A DNA stretch of 64,000 bases from a virus (Duplodnaviria > Caudoviricetes). The stretch lies in IMG/VR virus record IMGVR_UViG_3300029305_002828, positions 31,278-95,277 of that record; one strand, written 5' to 3'. Position numbers and translations under genes: made by a program. The notes below the pieces were generated by a model. It searched no databases, was not told the origin of the DNA, and was given only the letters and a program-made list of their open reading frames with translations. This document shows positions 18,975 through 27,287 of the stretch, in pieces. Position 1 is the stretch's first letter; the number at the start of each line of letters is the position of its first letter.

Positions 18975-20159
18975 ATGTCACAATTGACTAATGACCAATA
19001 CGTTGCCTCTTCTAAACTTGAAAAATGGTATCGTAAATATAACCACCAGATCATAGAAATTTCAGCAGTTGTAGGTACTGGTGTTTGGGATCTAATTCAG
19101 AAGTTTATTGATGATGAAGAATTTGATCCTCGAGAAGTTATGTATTTATCATATAACCAGAAGCAAGTTCTAGAAATGGCAGCGAAACGTTACCATACAT
19201 ACTATATCAATGGAATAATATATAATTACACACGTATAGTAGATTTTGATACACTTCCAGTTATCAATCATACTTCTAAAGAATTAAAATATGAATGGAA
19301 AAAGGAAGTAAGAAAAAAGATTGATAAACGATATAAGTTGATGGTGGTATTTGACTCAGTATTATTAAATGAAAGAACATTGACTGATCTCTGTTCTTTT
19401 GGATTGCCGATAATACTGATAAGAGATCCGATGCTGTTGCCAGCACCGGACTCTTATACATATTTTCATGATCCAAATATAATACTAAGAGAACCTCATC
19501 CTGATTACATTCGTAATCCTTTAAATTACTTTGCTCATAAAGTTCTTAAGGATGAAACTTTTACACCTGGTAGCTATGATAATGTTACAGTTGTACAACG
19601 TAAACAGATGAATCTTTACAATCTTAAATCCTCTGATATGAATATCACTCTTACTGATGGATTAAGACATAATGTAAATCGAATGTATCGAGATCGAATT
19701 ATGAAATGTAAAGACTCAGTCAATGTTCCTAATGAGAGATTAATTGTTACAAGTGATATGTATGGACATCGGATTGTAAATCAAGATGAAAAGAATATTA
19801 AAGTTTATCTACGTAGAGGTGTAGTAGGAAATATTACCAGGATTTATAAACATGCTGAAAGTACAAGATTTGTACATTTTGAGTTTAAACCTGAATTTTA
19901 CTTTGAACCTTTTGAAGATTTAACTTTAGATAGATTCCATCTTAACAGAATAATTTACAATTCTAAACAACAGATTCCTGATGAATATGTACAGATGGAA
20001 TATGCATATGCATTAACACCATCACTTGCAAGATTGAGTCATTGGGATAAAGTTACAATGATTCTTGATCCAGTTAACGATGTAGACCCAGCAATACTTA
20101 AGTCAATGATTTATACAGGAATTACTAGAGCAAAGAAATCCCTAACTCTCATTGTTTAA
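18975..20159 (+). CDS. Dda/RecD-like SF1B helicase homologue with degenerate ATPase motifs
   Basis: ISAVVGTGVWD (Walker A without Lys), VVFDSVLL (Walker B without Glu), RDPMLLP, YAYALTPSLARLSHWDKV, intact MIYTGITRAKKSL (motif VI). Confidence 0.75.
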   Translation: MSQLTNDQYVASSKLEKWYRKYNHQIIEISAVVGTGVWDLIQKFIDDEEFDPREVMYLSYNQKQVLEMAAKRYHTYYINGIIYNYTRIVDFDTLPVINHTSKELKYEWKKEVRKKIDKRYKLMVVFDSVLLNERTLTDLCSFGLPIILIRDPMLLPAPDSYTYFHDPNIILREPHPDYIRNPLNYFAHKVLKDETFTPGSYDNVTVVQRKQMNLYNLKSSDMNITLTDGLRHNVNRMYRDRIMKCKDSVNVPNERLIVTSDMYGHRIVNQDEKNIKVYLRRGVVGNITRIYKHAESTRFVHFEFKPEFYFEPFEDLTLDRFHLNRIIYNSKQQIPDEYVQMEYAYALTPSLARLSHWDKVTMILDPVNDVDPAILKSMIYTGITRAKKSLTLIV

Positions 20160-21445
20160 GTAGAGCATTTCTTTAATGCAATACGAGAAGAAGGAGACAT
20201 ATATCCCTCAGATTCAATTAAGAAGAAATGATATGCATAAGCAATACGATATTTAAACTTACCATACTTTTCTTGCTTTAAAGTTTCATCGAATACTAAC
20301 TGGAAGATCTTATTAGGAGAGAAAGCACTAATATCCCAGTTCTCACCATTAATATAGAAGATAACTTCATTCTCTTCCATACGTGCTTTCATAATATCAG
20401 CATTGTATTTATTATCACTCTTCGTATTGTAGACAATCGTTTCATTACGTTGATTGATATAAGATTGATCTGCATCTTCAATATTAATGGCTGTATCATC
20501 AGTAATAACTACTTTAGCTTCACTACCAATATGCTCGTTATTAGTTTCAGTAAATTTCTGAGTACTAATATCAGCATCTGATAGAGCAACGTAGTTTACT
20601 TTCTCTCCTTCCTTTCTAATCATACCGTTACCAGGAACTGTATTCTCGATTGAGGTAACTACAAAAGTAGTTTCAACCCATTCACCTTCTCGTTTAGCAG
20701 TTACTTTATCGCCAGCACTATTGAGTATGTATAGGGTGTCTATATCATAAAAGATAGTTGCACCCTTCTTATAGATTCCATAGTATTGGTCCATATAGAT
20801 TAATGCTTTATAAGCAGGATGAGCAGGCATAATTAATTCTTTATATACTTCATCATTCTCTGCTTTACTCATTAACACTTTTTTATGTTTAGTAGCTGTA
20901 AGTAAACGACCAATGAATTGTTGAATGGTATTTTCAGTATACACTTCGTTGTATACTTTATTGGATGCATCTAATAATTCACGATTGAATAAGTATAGCG
21001 GTACAATGTTCTGAGATTCATAATAGTTTTCACTCTCAAGATCATTGAGTTGGAAATCTTCACTCTGATTCTGTTCAAGACGTGCTTCCATAGCTTGTAC
21101 GTCAACAGATTCATCATCATCGTTCAGATAGATAGAGAATTCACAGTTCCATACAAGCTCAGGAGATGTATTGAACATTTCAGTATCTACATCCATGCCG
21201 ATTTTGTTCAATTCAAACTTGCATACAATATCACGTTTGTTTTTAAGTATCCAAAGTCTCTTACGTATATCTAATCGTAATACAACTTTAAGGATTGCTC
21301 TGATATTAAATTCATAATCACAGAGATATTCAACTGAAAGAATATTAGTAGCATCCAGTTCAATTTTTTCATCTTTCATCATAAGTACCATGGTTGGTAG
21401 CTTATACTTACAAAGGTATCGTTTAGTGTTAGCATCATCAATCAT
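20156..21445 (-). CDS. Hypothetical protein, possibly baseplate hub/virion structural
   Basis: 429-aa ORF with AAAGGAG RBS; structural role is inference from context. Confidence 0.55.
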   Translation of the reverse strand: MIDDANTKRYLCKYKLPTMVLMMKDEKIELDATNILSVEYLCDYEFNIRAILKVVLRLDIRKRLWILKNKRDIVCKFELNKIGMDVDTEMFNTSPELVWNCEFSIYLNDDDESVDVQAMEARLEQNQSEDFQLNDLESENYYESQNIVPLYLFNRELLDASNKVYNEVYTENTIQQFIGRLLTATKHKKVLMSKAENDEVYKELIMPAHPAYKALIYMDQYYGIYKKGATIFYDIDTLYILNSAGDKVTAKREGEWVETTFVVTSIENTVPGNGMIRKEGEKVNYVALSDADISTQKFTETNNEHIGSEAKVVITDDTAINIEDADQSYINQRNETIVYNTKSDNKYNADIMKARMEENEVIFYINGENWDISAFSPNKIFQLVFDETLKQEKYGKFKYRIAYAYHFFLIESEGYMSPSSRIALKKCST

Positions 21446-21538
21446 GACAATAACTCCTTTCATAGAAATATGTATAAGTAGTTATATTATTGACCTAAAA
21501 TTAAAATTTATTTAATAAGTATAGAAAGGAATGATATC

Positions 21539-22489
21539 ATGAGTCGTTTAATTAAAATGAAAGACAGAGTGTCTACTATTGATACTCATAATGGTGGATT
21601 TCGTGGTGAAGTAATCTTTGGTATCGGTAAAAAAGAGATTCCATTTATTGATCCATATGGTAACCCTGCATATAGAACTGAATTTGATAAAGTTTTATAC
21701 AGAGATGAAAACATTGTTCCCATTGGTGGTTACCAATTCGCATTTAATAAGTTATTCAATATTGGATTAGATAAGGAAAGTACTCTCCGTGTTGGTGACT
21801 TAAATGACGAAGCTCCTCAGATGAAGATTGGTGTTCAAAGATCTGAATATCAATCTCTCAACTATAATGCAGAGACTAACTTAAATGGCATCAATGTTCC
21901 TCTGAATGGTCCTGTTAATATTTCTGCAATGAACTTCATTTTTGGTTTTATGATCGGTGATGGTGGCGCCCGTGAAGATAACATGACTGCTATTGCTCCT
22001 GACTATAAGAGACGTAGTTTATTTAGAGCTATTCCATTTCGTATGAGCAATGATGGTTATCCTATGCCTGAAGGTAAGTACTTTGGTAAAGTTGATTCTT
22101 TCCATGGGGTAGGTGCTGGATCTACTGTTACTTCTTACTATGTTAAAAAGTTTGATAATCCTGCTCCTCGAATTGTACATAGTTGGGTAACTGATAATCC
22201 TAATGAATTAACTATTGTGGATGATACAGTATTTGCATCTACTTCTTCTATGGCAATTGAATCTTATGTTGAAATGAATATTTCCGTAAGTGAATATGAT
22301 GGTAGAGGTTTCTTTACTTCTAGTAATGCTAGTCCTAGAGTAAATGAATTTGGTCTGGTAAGTGGTTGGTATAATGTGGATAAGAATGATTATGAATCTC
22401 TTCGTTTGTTTACCCACTTTACTCGTCCTAGTCTTGCTCTAGCTGAGAATGATTCTATCGAAGCAATTTATAGATTATACGCAAGATAA
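21539..22489 (+). CDS. Putative baseplate/tail-associated structural protein
   Basis: ENIVPIGG, IGDGG, PRVNEFGLVSG, LFTHFT and terminal IYRLY resemble tail-collar/baseplate proteins. Confidence 0.5.
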   Translation: MSRLIKMKDRVSTIDTHNGGFRGEVIFGIGKKEIPFIDPYGNPAYRTEFDKVLYRDENIVPIGGYQFAFNKLFNIGLDKESTLRVGDLNDEAPQMKIGVQRSEYQSLNYNAETNLNGINVPLNGPVNISAMNFIFGFMIGDGGAREDNMTAIAPDYKRRSLFRAIPFRMSNDGYPMPEGKYFGKVDSFHGVGAGSTVTSYYVKKFDNPAPRIVHSWVTDNPNELTIVDDTVFASTSSMAIESYVEMNISVSEYDGRGFFTSSNASPRVNEFGLVSGWYNVDKNDYESLRLFTHFTRPSLALAENDSIEAIYRLYAR

Positions 22490-22498
22490 GTAATAAAT

Positions 22499-22527
22499 AA
22501 TAGAGGGGCTTGTATAGCCCCTCTATT
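22499..22527. terminator. Hairpin terminator
   Basis: AATAGAGGGGCT-loop-AGCCCCTCTATT. Confidence 0.7.
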
Positions 22528-22610
22528 TAATTTTTTAAGACACATTAATAAAGTGGAAGGTGACCTCTGTCAAATTTCAAATATAATAAAAGTAAAGGAG
22601 ATGTATAAAA

Positions 22611-23231
22611 ATGAAACCGACACCGAAACGTTCGATCTTTAATATGGAAACATTATTGATCGTCCTTATTGCATTCTGTGTAGTTTTCCTTAATGGGTAC
22701 ACGACGAACAAGATTCAAGAACTAGAATCATCGGCGAATGGAGCAATGTTTGTACAAGAGGATATTATTTATCCTGAAAGTGACATGTTGGCAGAAGAAA
22801 TTGTTAAATATCGGCCTGGGTCGTGTAAGATGATTGAAATGTATAACGCTGATTTAGAATTGTTATTTGCAATTCAATTTAATGATGCAAATCCAATTCA
22901 TAGCGATAACATTATTGATCATCCAGAACTTGTTAAATTGCTAACAGAAAATGTCGAAGGACGAACTACAATTGAGACAGAAGAATATAAAGAAGAGATA
23001 CATTTTCAATGGATTCAAAATGATCATGGAGACGAACGACTAGTTATAGTGTATAGCTCAGTTGAACTTGTAAGATATCTTTGGGTATTCCAACTCATGT
23101 GTTATCTCATTCTAGTATTGGTATTTGTTCTTTTAATCAGATTACATTTAATAGATTATAGACGTACTGTTAAAAGATATGAAGTGACAACAAAAAATAC
23201 TCAGAATGAGCTAGTGAGTGGGAGATATTAA
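22611..23231 (+). CDS. Membrane protein: TM, extracytoplasmic (Cache/PAS-like) domain, TM
   Basis: Hydrophobic helices LLIVLIAFCVVFL and LMCYLILVLVFVLLI flank a domain of about 130 aa. Confidence 0.6.
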   Translation: MKPTPKRSIFNMETLLIVLIAFCVVFLNGYTTNKIQELESSANGAMFVQEDIIYPESDMLAEEIVKYRPGSCKMIEMYNADLELLFAIQFNDANPIHSDNIIDHPELVKLLTENVEGRTTIETEEYKEEIHFQWIQNDHGDERLVIVYSSVELVRYLWVFQLMCYLILVLVFVLLIRLHLIDYRRTVKRYEVTTKNTQNELVSGRY

Positions 23232-23925
23232 TGCTCAAAAAAATTTACACAGAAAGGTTGTGTTATCCTATATGGACGAAAAGAATTCCACACAGAAGAT
23301 AAAATCTAAAGGTAAATTAGGTTTTATAAGATATGAAATATTACTAATGTTAGGAATCATCGTATGTCTGTCATATATGACTATGTATGAATCCATGGTA
23401 CATAGATATAGTGCAATCAGTGCATCCCCGGCTGGAAATCTTGCGATTATTCATGATCAAGATACAGCTAAAGCATATAAAGAAATCGGCTGGCCTATAG
23501 TTGAATTCCATCATGACTCTACACAATTTGTTACTATGTATGGCCAGGATCAAGAAGAAATATATCAACTTATGCTTGGTAATATTCTTGATATGCATGA
23601 AGATATTAATGGACTTAAAAACTGGTGGCCTATATTTAATTCTAGGGATAATGGACATATAGACCTGCGACCAGACGGCGTTAACATGATAATTAACTAC
23701 AAATGGCTAAACTTCGAGGATGGTACTAGGTATTTGCTAGTATATAATACTGACATTAAAATAGATACCATGCTTAATGCATTTAGTATTGTATCTTACG
23801 TTGCTATGATTCTCAGTTTTGTGATGTTAGGTAGTATTATATACTGGAGATGGTTTAGCCTTATTAATAAATATAAAGCCATCAACGCCCAAGTGCAGGA
23901 TATTATTTCCCAACAAGTGAGGTGA
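23218..23925 (+). CDS. Membrane protein paralogous to 22611-23231
   Basis: Same topology; GHIDL...INYKWLNFEDGTRYLLVYN aligns with GRTTI...IHFQWIQNDHGDERLVIVYS. Confidence 0.6.
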   Translation: MGDINAQKNLHRKVVLSYMDEKNSTQKIKSKGKLGFIRYEILLMLGIIVCLSYMTMYESMVHRYSAISASPAGNLAIIHDQDTAKAYKEIGWPIVEFHHDSTQFVTMYGQDQEEIYQLMLGNILDMHEDINGLKNWWPIFNSRDNGHIDLRPDGVNMIINYKWLNFEDGTRYLLVYNTDIKIDTMLNAFSIVSYVAMILSFVMLGSIIYWRWFSLINKYKAINAQVQDIISQQVR

Positions 23926-23968
23926 TGTCTATGCACAAATTTTATAAATGAAAGGAGGATGATGCGTT

Positions 23969-24388
23969 GTGGACCAATATCTTTCCACTGTTATCATTGC
24001 ACTAATAACTGGCGTCTTCTCAGTTATTACTCTAATCATCCAAAAGAAGCAAGATAAAGTTATAAGTAAAATTGATGAACAAACGACTTTTATAGATAGA
24101 GAGAAAAGTCTCAAGCAGAAGCTAGCCCAAAAAGAAAAAGAAAGAGAACTATTGATTCAAGATATGATGATTCTTATTCTTGATACCAATATTTATATAT
24201 TAAAGAATTCTAATATTGGCGATGGTAATCTTTCTATAGAAGAAGTATATAAAGAATCGGATAAACTCAAAGAGAAATTTAAAGCACTCAGTGAAGAAAT
24301 CGCTGAGATTACTAATGAATATGCTCTTGTTCTAGATATCACTAATGAGGTACAACGTGGGTTAGAACGGAGTAATCCGAAGAAATAA
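23969..24388 (+). CDS. Single-TM coiled-coil protein, holin-like
   Basis: N-terminal TM STVIIALITGVFSVITLII then a charged coiled coil; AAAGGAGG RBS. Confidence 0.5.
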   Translation: MDQYLSTVIIALITGVFSVITLIIQKKQDKVISKIDEQTTFIDREKSLKQKLAQKEKERELLIQDMMILILDTNIYILKNSNIGDGNLSIEEVYKESDKLKEKFKALSEEIAEITNEYALVLDITNEVQRGLERSNPKK

Positions 24389-24394
24389 TACTTC

Positions 24395-24431
24395 ATTATT
24401 AAGTCCAGGGGATTCCCCTGGACTTAATAAT
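24395..24431. terminator. Hairpin terminator
   Basis: ATTATTAAGTCCAGGGGA-T-TCCCCTGGACTTAATAAT. Confidence 0.7.
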
Positions 24432-24577
24432 TTTATTTATATATTATTACAAGGAAATGTAAGGAATATTATATCATCTTCGGGACCAATACGTATATTA
24501 AAAATATTTCAGCAATATACTGAAGATGTAAGATATCCCTAACATGGAAATCTATTAATCTAAGGAGGAATACTCAC

Positions 24578-25144
24578 ATGAAAACTGTCAACGAGACTCT
24601 AGGCAAGATCAAGGGCGAAGGTAAGATCGACGAGGTTATGACCGGTAAGGGTGCATTCAGCAAGGTTGGTTTTTCTGATACCGTTAATGCACTGGTAAAC
24701 GATACTACCTTCAAGGTAAAGACCTACGGCAAGGACGGCAAGGTAAACGGCGAGGTTAACCTGAGTGAACTGATTCGTTCCGACCTGAAGAAGACCGTTG
24801 CAAGTGCCAAGTATCCTCAGAAGTCCGAGGCTGCTGTTCTCGACACTGTTGATATCTGCACTAAGGGTCTGGCTGAGGCCATTCCTTACATCGTAATGGA
24901 GCAGATGAAGGCTGGTAAGAAGTTTGATCTTCCTGCACAGGCTAATGTGTCTGGTAGCATTTACCTTGCTAATGTTCCTGGTAAGGTTAAGGAAATTCAG
25001 ATCCGTGATCCTAAGACTCAGCAGAATCTGGGTTCTGCTACTATCACTACTAAGGATAGTGTTCAGATTCGTGCTAAGTCTCCTGTTCCTGCTCATCTGC
25101 AGTCCAAGGTCCGCAAGGATCCCAATGGTAAGGTAATCGGCTAA
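24578..25144 (+). CDS. Probably highly expressed basic protein, possibly DNA-binding (HU-like fold is speculative)
   Basis: Strong AAGGAGG RBS, strongly biased codons (AAG, GGT, CTG), both promoter-like motifs upstream. Confidence 0.6.
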   Translation: MKTVNETLGKIKGEGKIDEVMTGKGAFSKVGFSDTVNALVNDTTFKVKTYGKDGKVNGEVNLSELIRSDLKKTVASAKYPQKSEAAVLDTVDICTKGLAEAIPYIVMEQMKAGKKFDLPAQANVSGSIYLANVPGKVKEIQIRDPKTQQNLGSATITTKDSVQIRAKSPVPAHLQSKVRKDPNGKVIG

Positions 25145-25175
25145 GAAACAGATTATCTCAATGGAGATTACCACG

Positions 25176-25310
25176 ATGAAAAAGAATGAAATCTATGATA
25201 TCTCTTTAGATGAAAATTCTAAAGATGATAAATCATATGAAAATGATAACCTCAATGACGTAGATGTTGAAGAGGTTTCCATGGGTATAGAGGTAGCAAG
25301 ACGAGGTTAA
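25176..25310 (+). CDS. Small acidic protein (44 aa), not in ORF track
   Basis: MKKNEIYDISLDENSKDDKSYENDNLNDVDVEEVSMGIEVARRG; GGAG RBS. Confidence 0.45.
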   Translation: MKKNEIYDISLDENSKDDKSYENDNLNDVDVEEVSMGIEVARRG

Positions 25311-25339
25311 CCACATCATAAAAAAGGATGTGATGACCT

Positions 25340-25582
25340 ATGTATCTGACTGAAGAAAAAGATAGGATTGCTTCTTACTTCAAATATCCATGTGAAGTAA
25401 TAAAGACTCGTGGTACTCAGGAAGGGATAATTCTCAAGTTCGCCACATTCTACCTAAAGATTTACGATGATAATGTTGAAAACATGTATATCGTTGAAGG
25501 ATACAGGTATGATAATACAGCTCTAGTCTTTCGAGATAGAGTTGCTGGTAACCGAATGAGAGAATATGCTGCGCAGTATTAG
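25340..25582 (+). CDS. Hypothetical protein
   Basis: 80-aa ORF, AAAGGA RBS. Confidence 0.65.
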   Translation: MYLTEEKDRIASYFKYPCEVIKTRGTQEGIILKFATFYLKIYDDNVENMYIVEGYRYDNTALVFRDRVAGNRMREYAAQY

Positions 25583-25594
25583 CTGCTAACCTAC

Positions 25595-25633
25595 ATATGA
25601 TAAGAAGGAGCTAAATGCTCCTTCTTATCATAT
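25595..25633. terminator. Hairpin terminator
   Basis: ATATGATAAGAAGGAGC-loop-GCTCCTTCTTATCATAT. Confidence 0.7.
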
Positions 25634-25752
25634 TTTTTATTACCTATATAACAATAATATTAAAGTTGCCTTATGTGGGCAGCGTTGACTATTATATCGC
25701 TTTATTGCCTTGCGAAAAATGATTATAAGTATTTATAGGAGATGAATTTATT

Positions 25753-26598
25753 ATGTATACGAGAAACATTTCAGAACTTATAAAACGAATATGCATCGTC
25801 GTAGCAGTTATTGTATTAATGGCAGTCAACATGAGTAGCAATGTGGTCAAGACAGGATATGCTTTAGAGATCCCTCATGATGTTGTATCTAATGTAGTCT
25901 CACCTGCTGTATCATTTATGATGAAACCATTTCTAAACAATAACCCAAGAGCAATGGCTGAGATAGTAGTTAATACTGTTAATCCAATAAGAGAAGAATT
26001 TGTAGAAAGTATTGAAAAAAAGATTATAATCAGTGAGATTATGGAGCATGAGCATGCCGAGGTACAGGCAGAAAATGTGGAAATTGAAACAGTATTAACC
26101 GAATCAGTGGTTGTTGAAGAAGTAATAGTTGAAGAGCCTGTTGTCTCTGAACCTATAGTGGTATCAATTGAATACCCAATTGCATCACTAAATGAAATTA
26201 GTATTACAGAGACATATGACTTTAGTTCAGTTCCACTAAGTGAGGAACTAATGCAAGCAACAATTGATCATTGTGATAAATTTGGTATACCAATTGCTAT
26301 TGCATTAGGACTTATGGATGTGGAAAGTGATTTCATCACTACTGCTGGTTCTCAATCTGGTTGTTATGGTTTGATGCAGTTAAACCATAAATATTTTGAT
26401 GTATATACCGAACCTGCTCAGCAAATACATGATGGACTAGAGTACTTATCTAGTAACCTAGAGAAGTGTGATGGTGATATGATGTTAGCATTGAATATCT
26501 ATAATGCTGGTCATATTACTGGTAATATGAGCTATTCAAATAAAGTTATGAATGACGCAGCTAAATGGTCTGAGATTACTGGAGCGCCGATGGTGTAA
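25753..26598 (+). CDS. Lytic transglycosylase (SLT domain) with N-terminal signal/anchor
   Basis: Catalytic MDVESDF, GLMQL, ALNIYNAG, YSNKV; hydrophobic N-terminus. Confidence 0.88.
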   Translation: MYTRNISELIKRICIVVAVIVLMAVNMSSNVVKTGYALEIPHDVVSNVVSPAVSFMMKPFLNNNPRAMAEIVVNTVNPIREEFVESIEKKIIISEIMEHEHAEVQAENVEIETVLTESVVVEEVIVEEPVVSEPIVVSIEYPIASLNEISITETYDFSSVPLSEELMQATIDHCDKFGIPIAIALGLMDVESDFITTAGSQSGCYGLMQLNHKYFDVYTEPAQQIHDGLEYLSSNLEKCDGDMMLALNIYNAGHITGNMSYSNKVMNDAAKWSEITGAPMV

Positions 26599-26612
26599 AG
26601 GAGGAAACATAC

Positions 26613-26753
26613 ATGGATCCAAATAAAGTTGAATATCCTTGTCCAGAACATAATAACGAGTTGACCACTATTGTTGAATGTGTAACCTGTGATAAATGTC
26701 TTGGTTGTGATGTGTATGCTACGATGCTTGACGAAGTTTACGACATGAAATAA
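26613..26753 (+). CDS. 46-aa Cys-rich peptide (CxxCxxCxxC), not in ORF track
   Basis: MDPNKVEYPCPEHNNELTTIVECVTCDKCLGCDVYATMLDEVYDMK; AAGGAGG RBS; terminator immediately after. Confidence 0.7.
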   Translation: MDPNKVEYPCPEHNNELTTIVECVTCDKCLGCDVYATMLDEVYDMK

Positions 26754-26792
26754 AAAATAAAGGTGGGGCAATGAACCCCACCTTTATTTTTT
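26752..26792. terminator. Bidirectional terminator
   Basis: AAAAAATAAAGGTGGGG-loop-CCCCACCTTTATTTTTT. Confidence 0.8.
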
Positions 26793-27150
26793 AATCAACT
26801 ACTTCAGATTTAGGGTTTTCAATTGGAGTAGGATCAGGATTAGACCCACCGAACATACAACCAATGAGTACACCAGCAACAACAATACCAGCAACACCGA
26901 GGCCAATGTTACGATTACGAACACGATTCTTATAAACCCTTTGCATAATATCCTCAAAGGAATATCTATCGGAATTCAGAAATAGACCATCAGGGATATA
27001 TACACCTTGATCAGGTTTAATAACATCGGGTGTACGAACCTTCTCCATTACTTGATTAAAATTCTTTTTTGTGGGAACCATGCCTTTGGTAACGTAGTCG
27101 ATGACATCAGTTTTGTACTCGAATATCACTCGTTCGGGATTACATAACAT
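26791..27150 (-). CDS. Hypothetical protein with C-terminal TM helix
   Basis: IGLGVAGIVVAGVLIGCMF; TATATATTAT motif upstream (27203-27212). Confidence 0.65.
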   Translation of the reverse strand: MLCNPERVIFEYKTDVIDYVTKGMVPTKKNFNQVMEKVRTPDVIKPDQGVYIPDGLFLNSDRYSFEDIMQRVYKNRVRNRNIGLGVAGIVVAGVLIGCMFGGSNPDPTPIENPKSEVVD

Positions 27151-27287
27151 ATGAACACATCCTTTCTAAAATATAAGCATTACAATACTCGTATGCTAAG
27201 TTATAATATATAATCGAGTAATATAAGTGTGAACGAGATTAATAATGAATAAATAACAAAATCTATGAAGAAGGAGGTATATACTCT

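Noticed and set aside
24599-25174. 191-aa minus-strand ORF
   Set aside because: Shadow of a strongly codon-biased plus-strand gene; no RBS
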